Positions 1-8,519 of a stretch of 64,000 nt of DNA are shown one piece after another. The stretch is from Longimicrobiales bacterium (GTDB lineage Bacteria > Gemmatimonadota > Gemmatimonadetes > Longimicrobiales > Gaopeijiaceae), in contig OZ241892.1 of NCBI GenBank assembly GCA_965203485.1, forward strand, positions 2,720,001-2,784,000, read 5' to 3'. Positions within the stretch are counted from its first letter, which is position 1; each line of letters opens with the position of its first letter. Under the pieces are notes generated by a model. That model worked only from the letters and a program-made list of their open reading frames with translations. It was not told the origin of the DNA and did no database searches. Made by a program: the position numbers and the translations under genes.

Positions 1-141
1 ACCCAATACCCAGGGCTCGATGCGGTCGGCCACGCCGTGCACCATGGGCGGCTGCGACAGAACCGCGCAAAGGAGGAAGCCGGCCACGGCAACGCGGCCG
101 GCCCGCGTTCGCGGACGGCAATGGGATCGAAAGGGCGTCAC
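1..141 (-). CDS. 5' end of a probable exported protein running off the window edge (partial)
   Basis: GTG at 141 opens a stop-free frame to base 1: VTPFRSHCRPRTRAGRVAVAGFLLCAVLSQPPMVHGVADRIEPWVLG. A basic region followed by a hydrophobic stretch resembles a signal peptide. Confidence 0.35.
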   Translation of the reverse strand, partial: MTPFRSHCRPRTRAGRVAVAGFLLCAVLSQPPMVHGVADRIEPWVLG

Positions 142-449
142 GGGAAGACGATTGTAGCCGAAGGGAGCGCTCGGCGGCAAGACGCGCGTGAACGGACCGT
201 CTCGTACCAAGGTAGAAACGTTCTTCGGCCCCTCCGCGGAGGGGCGCCAAGGACGAGTGAGGCGGGGCCGGTCACCTCATCGCTCGAGGCGAGAACGGCC
301 GGGATCGCCGACGGTGTTGGACGCGGCACGCCGTGCGAGGCGCCGCTCCCGCCGGGCCCGTCGCGGATCTGCTCGCGCCACCGATGGTTCGGTCCCGGCT
401 TCGGAGGCTTCGGACGTGGACGCGGCGGAGCCGGCGGCGCAACCCACGG

Positions 450-950
450 CGCCGCGCGACGACGAAGACGGCCGCCGCGCGCGACCAACTCGTCCGTCTC
501 CACGTCCGCCATCAGCCCCCCGGACCGAATGCCGCCGGAATGCGAATGCCGGCGGCGGCCGACGTGTCCATGTACTCGCCGCTCGAAGCAACGTCGGCGC
601 GTCCGCCGGCGCCGCCGCGGCCCGCGCGAGCAGCCCAGATGCGCCTTTCGGAGTTCACCGCCACGTCTTGAATGACCGGAATCTGTTGGGTGAAGCTCGT
701 CCGGCTCGCGGCTTCACGCTCGTAGCGCGCAAAACGCGTTGCTGATCGCGTTGACTTCCTCTCGAGAGCGGTGCGAAAGACCAAGGACAGCGGGTCGTGC
801 AGATCGCTTCGCTTCTCGGCTCCGAAGTTCACTCTTCATTCTCGCCGTCGCGTCCAGAGGCGAAATCGGCCGCTCCAGAACAGCCGGCAACGGCGCCGGT
901 GGTTGATATCATGTTGATGCGGCAGTATCGGGCAGAGGACTCCCAAGGTT
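450..950 (-). pseudogene. Decayed 3' remnant of a 6-bladed beta-propeller (NHL-like) protein gene
   Basis: Collinear fragments in different minus frames: LGVL.. / RINMISTTGAVAG / VLERPISPLDATARMKSELRSRE / IPVIQDVAVNSERRIWAAR..GEYMDT..GIRIPAAFGPGG / LMADVETDEL. These resemble, from recall, C-termini of Gemmatimonadota beta-propeller proteins. Several frameshifts. Confidence 0.5.
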
Positions 951-1436
951 CGTTGTTCCTTCTCCGACAGTCGTTGGCATTAGCCATGCGGAATGAATTC
1001 TCCATCGGCCCCCGAACACGAGCAACGACTTGTGTCCCAGATGCCCGGTGTCGTACCAGAGCAGAAATGTCCGGTCTTGGGGATGGGCGTGGGGTCCTGC
1101 GGCGCCTCTGCGAAAGGGCCTACTAAGGAAGTGTGAGGCGAGTCCGGTCGCCGCGCGGCGGCGGCGCCGACCGTGTTGGACGCGGCGAGCCGGACGAGGC
1201 GGCGCTCGCGCCGCGGCAACTGCCGCGCCCACGCGACGAAGCGGACGCGGGGCGCGCCGTCGCCCCAGCCACGGGACCGGTTCAGTGGAGCGATGCCCCG
1301 GCAGCGGCGTTATTTTCCATTGGAACCGCGTGGCGGCGCACAGGCGCGCACCTCGAAGGTCGGCGGCGGACCGCTTCACGCGATGGCGCGCGACTCCCCT
1401 GGCGCGTCCGGCTCGCAGGTCTCGGAACAGCGCCGA

Positions 1437-3290
1437 ATGACGGAATCCATCTTCGCCGCCAAGCCGTTGGCCGCCGCCGCGATCTTGGCCGTGCTCTGGG
1501 CCCTCGAAGGCCTGATTCCGATGTTCGAGGGCCGTCGGCGCCGGACGCGGCACGGGGCGGCCAACGTGGCGCTGGGCTTGGCCAACGCCGCCGTCGCGGG
1601 CGTCGTGTTCGCCGGCGCCACGCTGGCGGCGACCGCCTGGGCCCGCGAGAACTCCTTCGGCGCGCTTCACTGGCTGGGACTGGGCGGCGCAGCCGCGGCC
1701 GTGGCGGCCTTCGTGCTCATCGATCTGTGGCAGTACGCTTGGCACCGCCTCAATCATCGGTTGCCGGCGCTCTGGCGATTCCACGCCGTCCACCATGCCG
1801 ACCGCGATCTGGAAGCGACCTCGGGCCTCCGCTTCCACACCGGCGAGATCGTGCTTTCGTCCGCGGCGCGCCTCCTCGTGTTCCCGGCCCTCGGCGTGAG
1901 CATCGGGCACGTGCTGCTCTACGAGGCCGTCCTGTTGCCGGTGATTCTCTTCCATCACGCCAACGTGCGCATGTCCGAAGCGTTCGACCGCCGCCTGCGA
2001 TGGCTCGTCGTGACGCCGCGCATGCACTGGGTGCACCACAGCCGCCGCCGCGTGGAGACCGATTCCAACTATTCGAGCGTGTTCTCCGCCTGGGACCGCG
2101 TCTTCGGCAGCTTCCGCTTGGTGGGCGACCCCGGCGGCTTGCGCTTGGGGCTGGACGGGACGACCGCGCGCGACTGGAGATCGCTTCCCGGGATGCTGGC
2201 GATGCCGTTTCGGAGAGGTGCGGCGAGGACGGGCGGGGAGCCGCGGCGCCTGCGCGGCGACGAACGACCGGCGGGGCCGGCGCCCGGAGCCGGCCGGGCT
2301 AGGCCGCCCGTCCAGGCGCGCGGGGGGCGCGACCCCGAAGCCACGAGTTCGGCGCGCGCGTTCGCCCCGGCTTCCGTGTCCAATCTGGCCTGCGGGTTCG
2401 ACGTCTTCGGCTTGGCGCTCGAACAGCCGGGCGACGTCGTGGAAGCGAGCTTGGCGGCCGGGCGGGGCGTCGTCTCCGTCTCGGCCGTCGGCGACGGAGG
2501 GCGCCTGCCGCCGGAACCCACGCGCAACTCGGCTGCGATCGCCGCCCAGGCGGTACTGGACCGGGCCGGGAGCCGGGCAGGGGTGTCGCTGGTCGTGCGC
2601 AAGGGGATTCCGTTGGCTTCGGGGCTCGGCGGAAGCGCTGCGAGCGCGGTCGCCGGGGCGGTCGCGACGGACGCGCTGCTGCAAGCCGGCTTGGACCGGC
2701 AGGCGCTCTTGGAATGCGCGCTGGCCGGGGAAGCGCAGGGATCCGGAGCGGCCCACGCAGACAACGTCGCGCCGGCGCTGCACGGGGGCTTCGTGCTCGT
2801 CCTTCCCGGGCCGTCGCCCCGAGTCACGCCCATTCCCACGCCGGCAGGGTTGGCCGTAGCGGTCGCCCGCCCCGACGTCGAGATCGAGACCTCGCGCGCC
2901 CGCGAAGTCCTCGGCGACACGATCGCCCTGGAGCAGGGAATCCGGCAGTGGGCGAACACCGCCGGCCTCGTAGCCGGACTCTACAGCGAGGACTGGGACC
3001 TCCTGCGCCGCTGCCTCGAGGACGCGGTAGCCGAACCCGCGCGCGCAACCTTGTTGCCGGGGCTCGCGGCGGCGAAGACGGGCGCGCTGGAGGCGGGAGC
3101 GTTGGGGGCGGGGCTGTCGGGCTCGGGCCCCTCGACCTTCGCGCTCTGCCGGGACGCCGACGGGGCCGAGCGGGCGGGCCGCGCGATGGTTCGGGCGTTT
3201 CGCCGGGAGGCCGGCCTGGACGCCGACTTGGTGATCTCGGCCACCGCCACTGCCGGGGCGCGGCTGATCGCCGGCGAGCCGCAATCGTGA
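1437..3290 (+). CDS. thrB: Fusion of a fatty acid hydroxylase/sterol desaturase domain with homoserine kinase (GHMP kinase)
   Basis: N-half has TM segments and His boxes WHRLNH, FHAVHH, FHHAN, HWVHH. C-half has ThrB motifs RAFAPASVSNLACGFDV, KGIPLASGLGGSAAS, HADNVAP, LSGSGP. Directly upstream of thrC. Confidence 0.85.
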   Translation: MTESIFAAKPLAAAAILAVLWALEGLIPMFEGRRRRTRHGAANVALGLANAAVAGVVFAGATLAATAWARENSFGALHWLGLGGAAAAVAAFVLIDLWQYAWHRLNHRLPALWRFHAVHHADRDLEATSGLRFHTGEIVLSSAARLLVFPALGVSIGHVLLYEAVLLPVILFHHANVRMSEAFDRRLRWLVVTPRMHWVHHSRRRVETDSNYSSVFSAWDRVFGSFRLVGDPGGLRLGLDGTTARDWRSLPGMLAMPFRRGAARTGGEPRRLRGDERPAGPAPGAGRARPPVQARGGRDPEATSSARAFAPASVSNLACGFDVFGLALEQPGDVVEASLAAGRGVVSVSAVGDGGRLPPEPTRNSAAIAAQAVLDRAGSRAGVSLVVRKGIPLASGLGGSAASAVAGAVATDALLQAGLDRQALLECALAGEAQGSGAAHADNVAPALHGGFVLVLPGPSPRVTPIPTPAGLAVAVARPDVEIETSRAREVLGDTIALEQGIRQWANTAGLVAGLYSEDWDLLRRCLEDAVAEPARATLLPGLAAAKTGALEAGALGAGLSGSGPSTFALCRDADGAERAGRAMVRAFRREAGLDADLVISATATAGARLIAGEPQS

Positions 3291-4621
3291 GGCTGGTCAG
3301 CGTCGGTGGCAGGCAGCAGGCAGGAACCTGGTCGTTTCGCGACGCGCTCTTCCTCGGCCAAGCTCCCGGCGGCGGCCTGTTCGCGCCCGCGTCGCTACCC
3401 CCGTTGTCGGGCGCGCAGCTCGACGCGCTTCGGCAACCGCAGTCGTTCGCGGCGCGCTCGCGGTTGCTGGCCGTCCATCTGCTGGGCGGGGAGGTGGCCG
3501 CGGACATCCTCTCGCGCGCCGTGGAGAAGGCGTTCGACTTCCCCGTGCCGCTGGTCCGCGCCGACGGGCGCGCTCGCGTCCTGGAACTGTTTCACGGACC
3601 CACGTGCGCGTTCAAGGACGTGGGCGCCCGCTTCATGGCGGAAATGACGGCAGCGCTGCGGTCGCCGGACGCCCCCCGGACGACGGTGCTGGCGGCCACG
3701 TCCGGAGACACGGGCGGCGCCGTGGCCCATGCCTTTCACGGCGTCGCCGGCACGCGCGTCGTCGTCCTCTATCCGCGGGGCAGGGTGAGCCTCCGGCAGG
3801 AGGCGCAGTTCGCCGCGCTGGGCGGCAACGTGACGGCGGTCGCCGTCCGCGGCGACTTCGACGATTGCCAACGCTTGGCCAAGCAGGCCTTCGCCGATGC
3901 CGCCCTCCGCGCCGACGCTCGACTCACCTCGGCCAACTCGATCAACATCGGCCGGTTGCTGCCGCAGATGTTCTACTACGCTCACGCGTGGGCCGAGTTG
4001 CCCGAGTCCGCCCGCGACCGGGACGTCGTGTTCTCGGTGCCGTCCGGCAACTTCGGCAACTTGGCGGCCGGCCTCATGGCCCGGGCCATGGGCGTTCCCA
4101 TCGCCGGCTTCGTGGCCGCAACGAACGCGAACAGCGTAGTGCCGGACTACTTGGCGTCGGGAGCCTACGACCCGCGCCCCGCGACGCCGACCGTCTCGAC
4201 CGCGATGGACGTGGGCAATCCCAGCAACTTCGCGCGCATCCTGCACGGGTTCGGCGGCGACTTGCAGGCGTTGCGCGAGGTCGTCGCCGGTTCCGCGTGG
4301 ACCGACCACGAGACGCGCGAGTGCATTCGGCGCGAATGGCGCGACCGGGGCGTGGCTCTCGATCCGCATACGGCGGTCGGACTGCTGGGGTTGCGGCGCG
4401 AGCTCGCCCGGCGCAGACGAACTTCGGGGGTCGCCCTGGCCACGGCCCATCCGGCCAAGTTCGCCGATGTGGTGGAGCCCCTGACGGGCTGTCCCGTCGC
4501 CGTGCCCCAAGCCATGCAGCGGTTGCTCGATCTGCCCCGCCGCTCGGTCGCCGCGGAGCCCAAGCTGGACGCGCTTCGCGACATCTTGGCTTGGGCCCCC
4601 AGCGCCGCCCGGTCCCCGTGA
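3287..4621 (+). CDS. thrC: Threonine synthase
   Basis: LELFHGPTCAFKD (PLP lysine), ATSGDTGGAV, SANSINIGRL, VPSGNFGN, DPHTAVG, LATAHPAKF. GTGA overlap with the thrB stop. Confidence 0.95.
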   Translation: MRLVSVGGRQQAGTWSFRDALFLGQAPGGGLFAPASLPPLSGAQLDALRQPQSFAARSRLLAVHLLGGEVAADILSRAVEKAFDFPVPLVRADGRARVLELFHGPTCAFKDVGARFMAEMTAALRSPDAPRTTVLAATSGDTGGAVAHAFHGVAGTRVVVLYPRGRVSLRQEAQFAALGGNVTAVAVRGDFDDCQRLAKQAFADAALRADARLTSANSINIGRLLPQMFYYAHAWAELPESARDRDVVFSVPSGNFGNLAAGLMARAMGVPIAGFVAATNANSVVPDYLASGAYDPRPATPTVSTAMDVGNPSNFARILHGFGGDLQALREVVAGSAWTDHETRECIRREWRDRGVALDPHTAVGLLGLRRELARRRRTSGVALATAHPAKFADVVEPLTGCPVAVPQAMQRLLDLPRRSVAAEPKLDALRDILAWAPSAARSP

Positions 4622-5349
4622 ACCTCGATGCCTTCGAGAGCGCTTCGCACAAAGCGTTCGAAGGCATTCCCGCGCAGTACCGCGACGGCGTGGCCGGGCT
4701 CGTCGTGCGGCGCGACCCGGCGCCCCACCCGCGCTTCCCCGCCGTCTACACGCTGGGAGAATGCGTCACGGAGGCATATCCGTCCGACTGGAGCGGCCCG
4801 GAGACGGTGCGCTCCGTGGTCGTGCTACACTGGGGCTCGTTTCGCGCCCTGTCCCGCGCCGACGCCGCGTTCGACTGGCGCGAGCAGATCTGGGAGACCC
4901 TCGTCCATGAACTCCGCCACCACCTGGAGTCCCTCGCCGACCAAGACGACCTCCACGGCGTGGACTACGCCATGGAACAGACGTTTCTCCGCGACGAAGG
5001 AGAGGACTTCGCGCCGGACTACTACCGTCACGGCGACCGCATCGGGCCCGGCACCTACGCCGTGGAGGACGACGTCTACATCGAACAGCGATGGAGCGCC
5101 GCCGACCTCGCGGCTTCCCGGGCGGTCCGGTTCTCGTGGGGCGGGCGAACGTACGCGGTCCCTGCGCCGCCCGAGCTCGGCGACGTGCACTTCCTGTCCG
5201 TCACAGCCGGCGTGCCCTCGCCTCCGTTCCTGGAACTGGCCCTGGTGCGCCGTCCCGAGTCGTGGCGCGAGAGAATCCGGCAAGCGCTGGCGAGATCGCG
5301 TTCCGGCCGCGTCCTCGAGTCGGAGGCGGCCGCGGAGCCCGTGGACTGA
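4618..5349 (+). CDS. Zincin-like metallopeptidase family protein with a C-terminal extension
   Basis: YTLGEC ... QIWETLVHELRHHLE (HExxH); GTG start overlaps the thrC stop. Confidence 0.7.
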   Translation: MNLDAFESASHKAFEGIPAQYRDGVAGLVVRRDPAPHPRFPAVYTLGECVTEAYPSDWSGPETVRSVVVLHWGSFRALSRADAAFDWREQIWETLVHELRHHLESLADQDDLHGVDYAMEQTFLRDEGEDFAPDYYRHGDRIGPGTYAVEDDVYIEQRWSAADLAASRAVRFSWGGRTYAVPAPPELGDVHFLSVTAGVPSPPFLELALVRRPESWRERIRQALARSRSGRVLESEAAAEPVD

Positions 5350-5399
5350 CGCGCCCGCCCACGGCGCCGCCGGCGCGCTCGGCGGGTCGGCCGGCCGCG

Positions 5400-6719
5400 T
5401 CATCTCCGCCGGGCTACGGCCGCGCAAGCTCGCGCGAGGCGGGCGAGGGCTTCGGCGGTCTCGTCTTCCGAGATCAGCAGCGACGGTCCGAGCCGAATTA
5501 CGTGGCCCTGCAGGCCGCCCAGGCCGATCAACAGCCCTTCGTCCTTGGCCGCGTGAACCAGGTTGTCGGCCAAGCCGGGGGCAGGCTCCTTCGCGTCGCG
5601 GTCCTCGACCAGCTCCATCGCCTGCATGAGGCCGAGGCCCCGGACGTCGCCGATCCACGCGTGCTCCCGCGCCAAGCCCAGCAGGCCGTCGCGAAGCTGC
5701 CGGCCCCGGGTTGCGGCGCGGGCCGGCACGTCCTCGGCCTCCATGACGCGCAGGGTCGCGTCCATCGCCGCCATGCAGACGGGGTTGCCGCCGAAGGTGG
5801 AGATGGTCTTGCCGCGCCAGCTGGCCGACACGTCCGCCCGGGCGGTCACCGCGCCCACGGGCATGCCGCCCGCGATCCCCTTGGCGGTGATCATGATGTC
5901 GGGCTCGACGCCCCAGTGCTGGATGCCGAACCACTGGTCTCCGGTGCGCCCGAACCCGGCCTGAACTTCGTCGGCGACGAAGAGGCCGCCGTAGGAGCGG
6001 ATGATTCCCGCCATCCGCTGGAAGTACCCCTCGGGCGGAACGATGTAGCCGGCCGCTCCCTGCACGGACTCGGCCACGAAAGCGGCGGGGCGGCCGTTCG
6101 TGGTCGTCTCTATCACCTCCACGAGATCCTGGGCGTGCGCCTCCACCAGCTCCTCGTCCGATCCAGCGCCGAACGGGGACCGATAGGGATAGGGCGAAAG
6201 TGCGTGCGTGACTCCGGTGACCGAGCTGGGCAGCACGCGCCAGGGCGCCTGGGCCGTCAACGAAGCCGCCATGCTCGTGCGTCCGTGATAGGCGCGGCGC
6301 AACGCCACCACCTCGGTGCGGCCCGTGTGCAGCCTGGCCGTGGCTAGCGCAGTCTCGACGGCCTCCGTGCCGCTGTTGAGGAAGAAGGTGCGCGTCAGCC
6401 GTCCCGGCGCGATCTCGGCCAGCCGCCGCGCCGCCCGCGTCTGCGGCTCGTTCACGTAAAGAGTGGACACGTGGCCGAGGAGCCCGGCCTGCTCGCGCAC
6501 GGCGGCCACGACCGCCGGATGGCAGTGGCCCAGGGACACCGACAATATCCCGGCGAACAGGTCCAGGTACTCGCGGCCGCCGAAGTCCTCGACCCAGCAT
6601 CCCGATCCCCGGGCCAGCGCCAGCGGCTCGTCGTAGAGCGGCCGGACGCAGTCGAACAGGTGCGCCCGCTGCGCTTCCAGCAACTCCGCGCCGCGGGCCC
6701 GCGCCGGCTCCGGCCTCAC
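5400..6719 (-). CDS. Class III (omega) aminotransferase, AGXT2/beta-alanine aminotransferase-like
   Basis: YLDLFAGILSVSLGHCHP, NSGTEA, YHGRT, FVADEVQAGFGRTG, PDIMITAKGIAGG, STFGGNP. GTGA coupling to the upstream dehydrogenase. Confidence 0.9.
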   Translation of the reverse strand: MRPEPARARGAELLEAQRAHLFDCVRPLYDEPLALARGSGCWVEDFGGREYLDLFAGILSVSLGHCHPAVVAAVREQAGLLGHVSTLYVNEPQTRAARRLAEIAPGRLTRTFFLNSGTEAVETALATARLHTGRTEVVALRRAYHGRTSMAASLTAQAPWRVLPSSVTGVTHALSPYPYRSPFGAGSDEELVEAHAQDLVEVIETTTNGRPAAFVAESVQGAAGYIVPPEGYFQRMAGIIRSYGGLFVADEVQAGFGRTGDQWFGIQHWGVEPDIMITAKGIAGGMPVGAVTARADVSASWRGKTISTFGGNPVCMAAMDATLRVMEAEDVPARAATRGRQLRDGLLGLAREHAWIGDVRGLGLMQAMELVEDRDAKEPAPGLADNLVHAAKDEGLLIGLGGLQGHVIRLGPSLLISEDETAEALARLARACAAVARRR

Positions 6720-8167
6720 CACCGCGAGATCACGACCTTCTGGTCGGTGTAGAAGGCTACGGCGTCCTTGCCCTGCGCCTTCAGGTCGCCGTAGAACGAG
6801 TTGCGCGCGCCCCCGAAGGGAAAGAAGGCCATCGGGGCGGCGACCCCGACGTTGACCCCCAGCATGGAGATGCCCGCCCGGTAGCGGAATTCTCTCGCCG
6901 ACCGCCCCGACCGCGTGAAGATCGACGCGGCGTTGCCGTAGGGACTCGCGGCCAGCATGTCCAGGGCGCCGTCCAGGTCGGGCGCGCGCATCAGGCCCGC
7001 CACGGGACCGAAGACCTCTTCGCGGCCCAGCGGCGTGTCGCAGCCGACGTCCTCGAACACCGTCGGGCCGAGCCAGTGGCCGCGCGGATACCCCGGGACC
7101 TCGGCGGACCTGCCGTCCAGCAGAAGACGGGCGCCGTCGCGCTCCCCCTGCTCGATGAAGCCGACCACGCGGTTGCGGTGCGCGCCCGAAATGACCGGCC
7201 CCATGTCCGCGTCCTCCTCCAGGCCGTAGCCCACGCGCAACGACGCCGCTCCGTCGAGGACGCGCTCGCGCACGGGTTCGTAGGACTCGCCCACGCCGAC
7301 CACCACCGAGCCCGCCAAGCAACGCTGGCCCGCGCACCCGAACACCGAGGCGACCACGGCCTGCGCCACCATGTCGGGGTCGGCGTCCGACAGTACGATC
7401 ATGTGGTTCTTGGCGCCCCCGAGCGCCTGCACGCGCTTGCCCGCCGCCGCCGCCCGCTGGTAAACGCGCCGCGCCACCGGGCTGGAGCCCACGAGAGAGA
7501 CGCCGGCGACGTCCGGGTGCTCGACCAGCGCCTCCGCCGCCGCGCCGCGTCCGTGCACGACGTTGAGCACGCCCGGCGGCAACCCGGCCTGGACCGCCAG
7601 CTCCGCCACGCGCTGGTGCGCCAGCGGATCCTGCTCGCTCGGCTTCACGACGACCGTGTTGCCCGCCGCCACCGCGTAGGGCCAGAACCACATCGGCACC
7701 ATCACCGGGAAGTTGTAGGGCGTGATCACGGCGAAGACTCCGACCGGTTGACGCACCGTCTCGCAGTCCACGCCGGCGGCCACGTCCTCGAGCGCGTCCC
7801 CCATCATCAGCGACGGCATTCCCGCCGCGTGCTCCACGTTCTCGATCGCGCGCTGCAGTTCGCCGTCCGCTTCGGCCAAGTTCTTGCCGTGCTCGCGGGT
7901 AAGGCTGCGGGCCAGCTCGCCGCGACAGCCGTCGAGGAGCGCCTGGAGCCGAAACAGCACGCGGGCGCGCTCGGCGACGGGCCTGCGGCGCCACTCGGGG
8001 AAGGCGTCGCGGGCGGCGCCGACGGCTCGGTCCACGTCCGCCCTGCCGGACTCGGGCACGCTGCCCAGAGTCTCGCCCGTGCCGGGGTCCTCGACCGCGA
8101 CGCGCGTTCCCGCGTCGGGGACGGCCCACTGGCCGCCGATCAGGTTGGGAGCGACGACTGGCTTCAT
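6716..8167 (-). CDS. mmsA: CoA-acylating (methyl)malonate-semialdehyde dehydrogenase
   Basis: ITPYNFPVMVPMW, KPSEQDP, ALGGAKNH, FGCAGQRCLA, EEVFGP, YGNAASIFT, GVNVGVAAPMAFFPFGG; ends KVVISRW. Confidence 0.92.
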   Translation of the reverse strand: MKPVVAPNLIGGQWAVPDAGTRVAVEDPGTGETLGSVPESGRADVDRAVGAARDAFPEWRRRPVAERARVLFRLQALLDGCRGELARSLTREHGKNLAEADGELQRAIENVEHAAGMPSLMMGDALEDVAAGVDCETVRQPVGVFAVITPYNFPVMVPMWFWPYAVAAGNTVVVKPSEQDPLAHQRVAELAVQAGLPPGVLNVVHGRGAAAEALVEHPDVAGVSLVGSSPVARRVYQRAAAAGKRVQALGGAKNHMIVLSDADPDMVAQAVVASVFGCAGQRCLAGSVVVGVGESYEPVRERVLDGAASLRVGYGLEEDADMGPVISGAHRNRVVGFIEQGERDGARLLLDGRSAEVPGYPRGHWLGPTVFEDVGCDTPLGREEVFGPVAGLMRAPDLDGALDMLAASPYGNAASIFTRSGRSAREFRYRAGISMLGVNVGVAAPMAFFPFGGARNSFYGDLKAQGKDAVAFYTDQKVVISRW

Positions 8168-8519
8168 GGGAGGACGCTGGGCGGCGAGGGAAGGGGAAGG
8201 CGTGCCGGCGCGCGCCGACGGACCGCTTGACCGCGGAACCGATTGCAAGCTGTCCCGGCGCAGCGACGGAGCGCAAGTACGTCGAACCGAAGCGGAAACG
8301 TCCTTCCGCTTGCCGGCGGCGGAAGCGCGGATCGCCCGCGAGACGCGCGTTCGACGCCGACCCTGCAGCGCTGTCCAAGCAGACGTGCCGGCCCGCCTGG
8401 CGAGCGATCTCGCGGCAACGGCCGCCGAACGCAACCGGAACCGCGCAGCCCGGCCGAGAGCGCACCGACTACGGGCTCCGCCGCGTCCAGCCCGGATCGT
8501 CCCCGGCGATATTTCGACA

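Noticed and set aside
909..3284. 791-aa antisense ORF (likewise 16520-19633 and 21269-23446)
   Set aside because: Antisense shadows of well-supported genes.
5400..8465. Apparent 1021-aa protein
   Set aside because: The N-terminal part overlaps mmsA out of frame; the real aminotransferase starts at GTG 6719.
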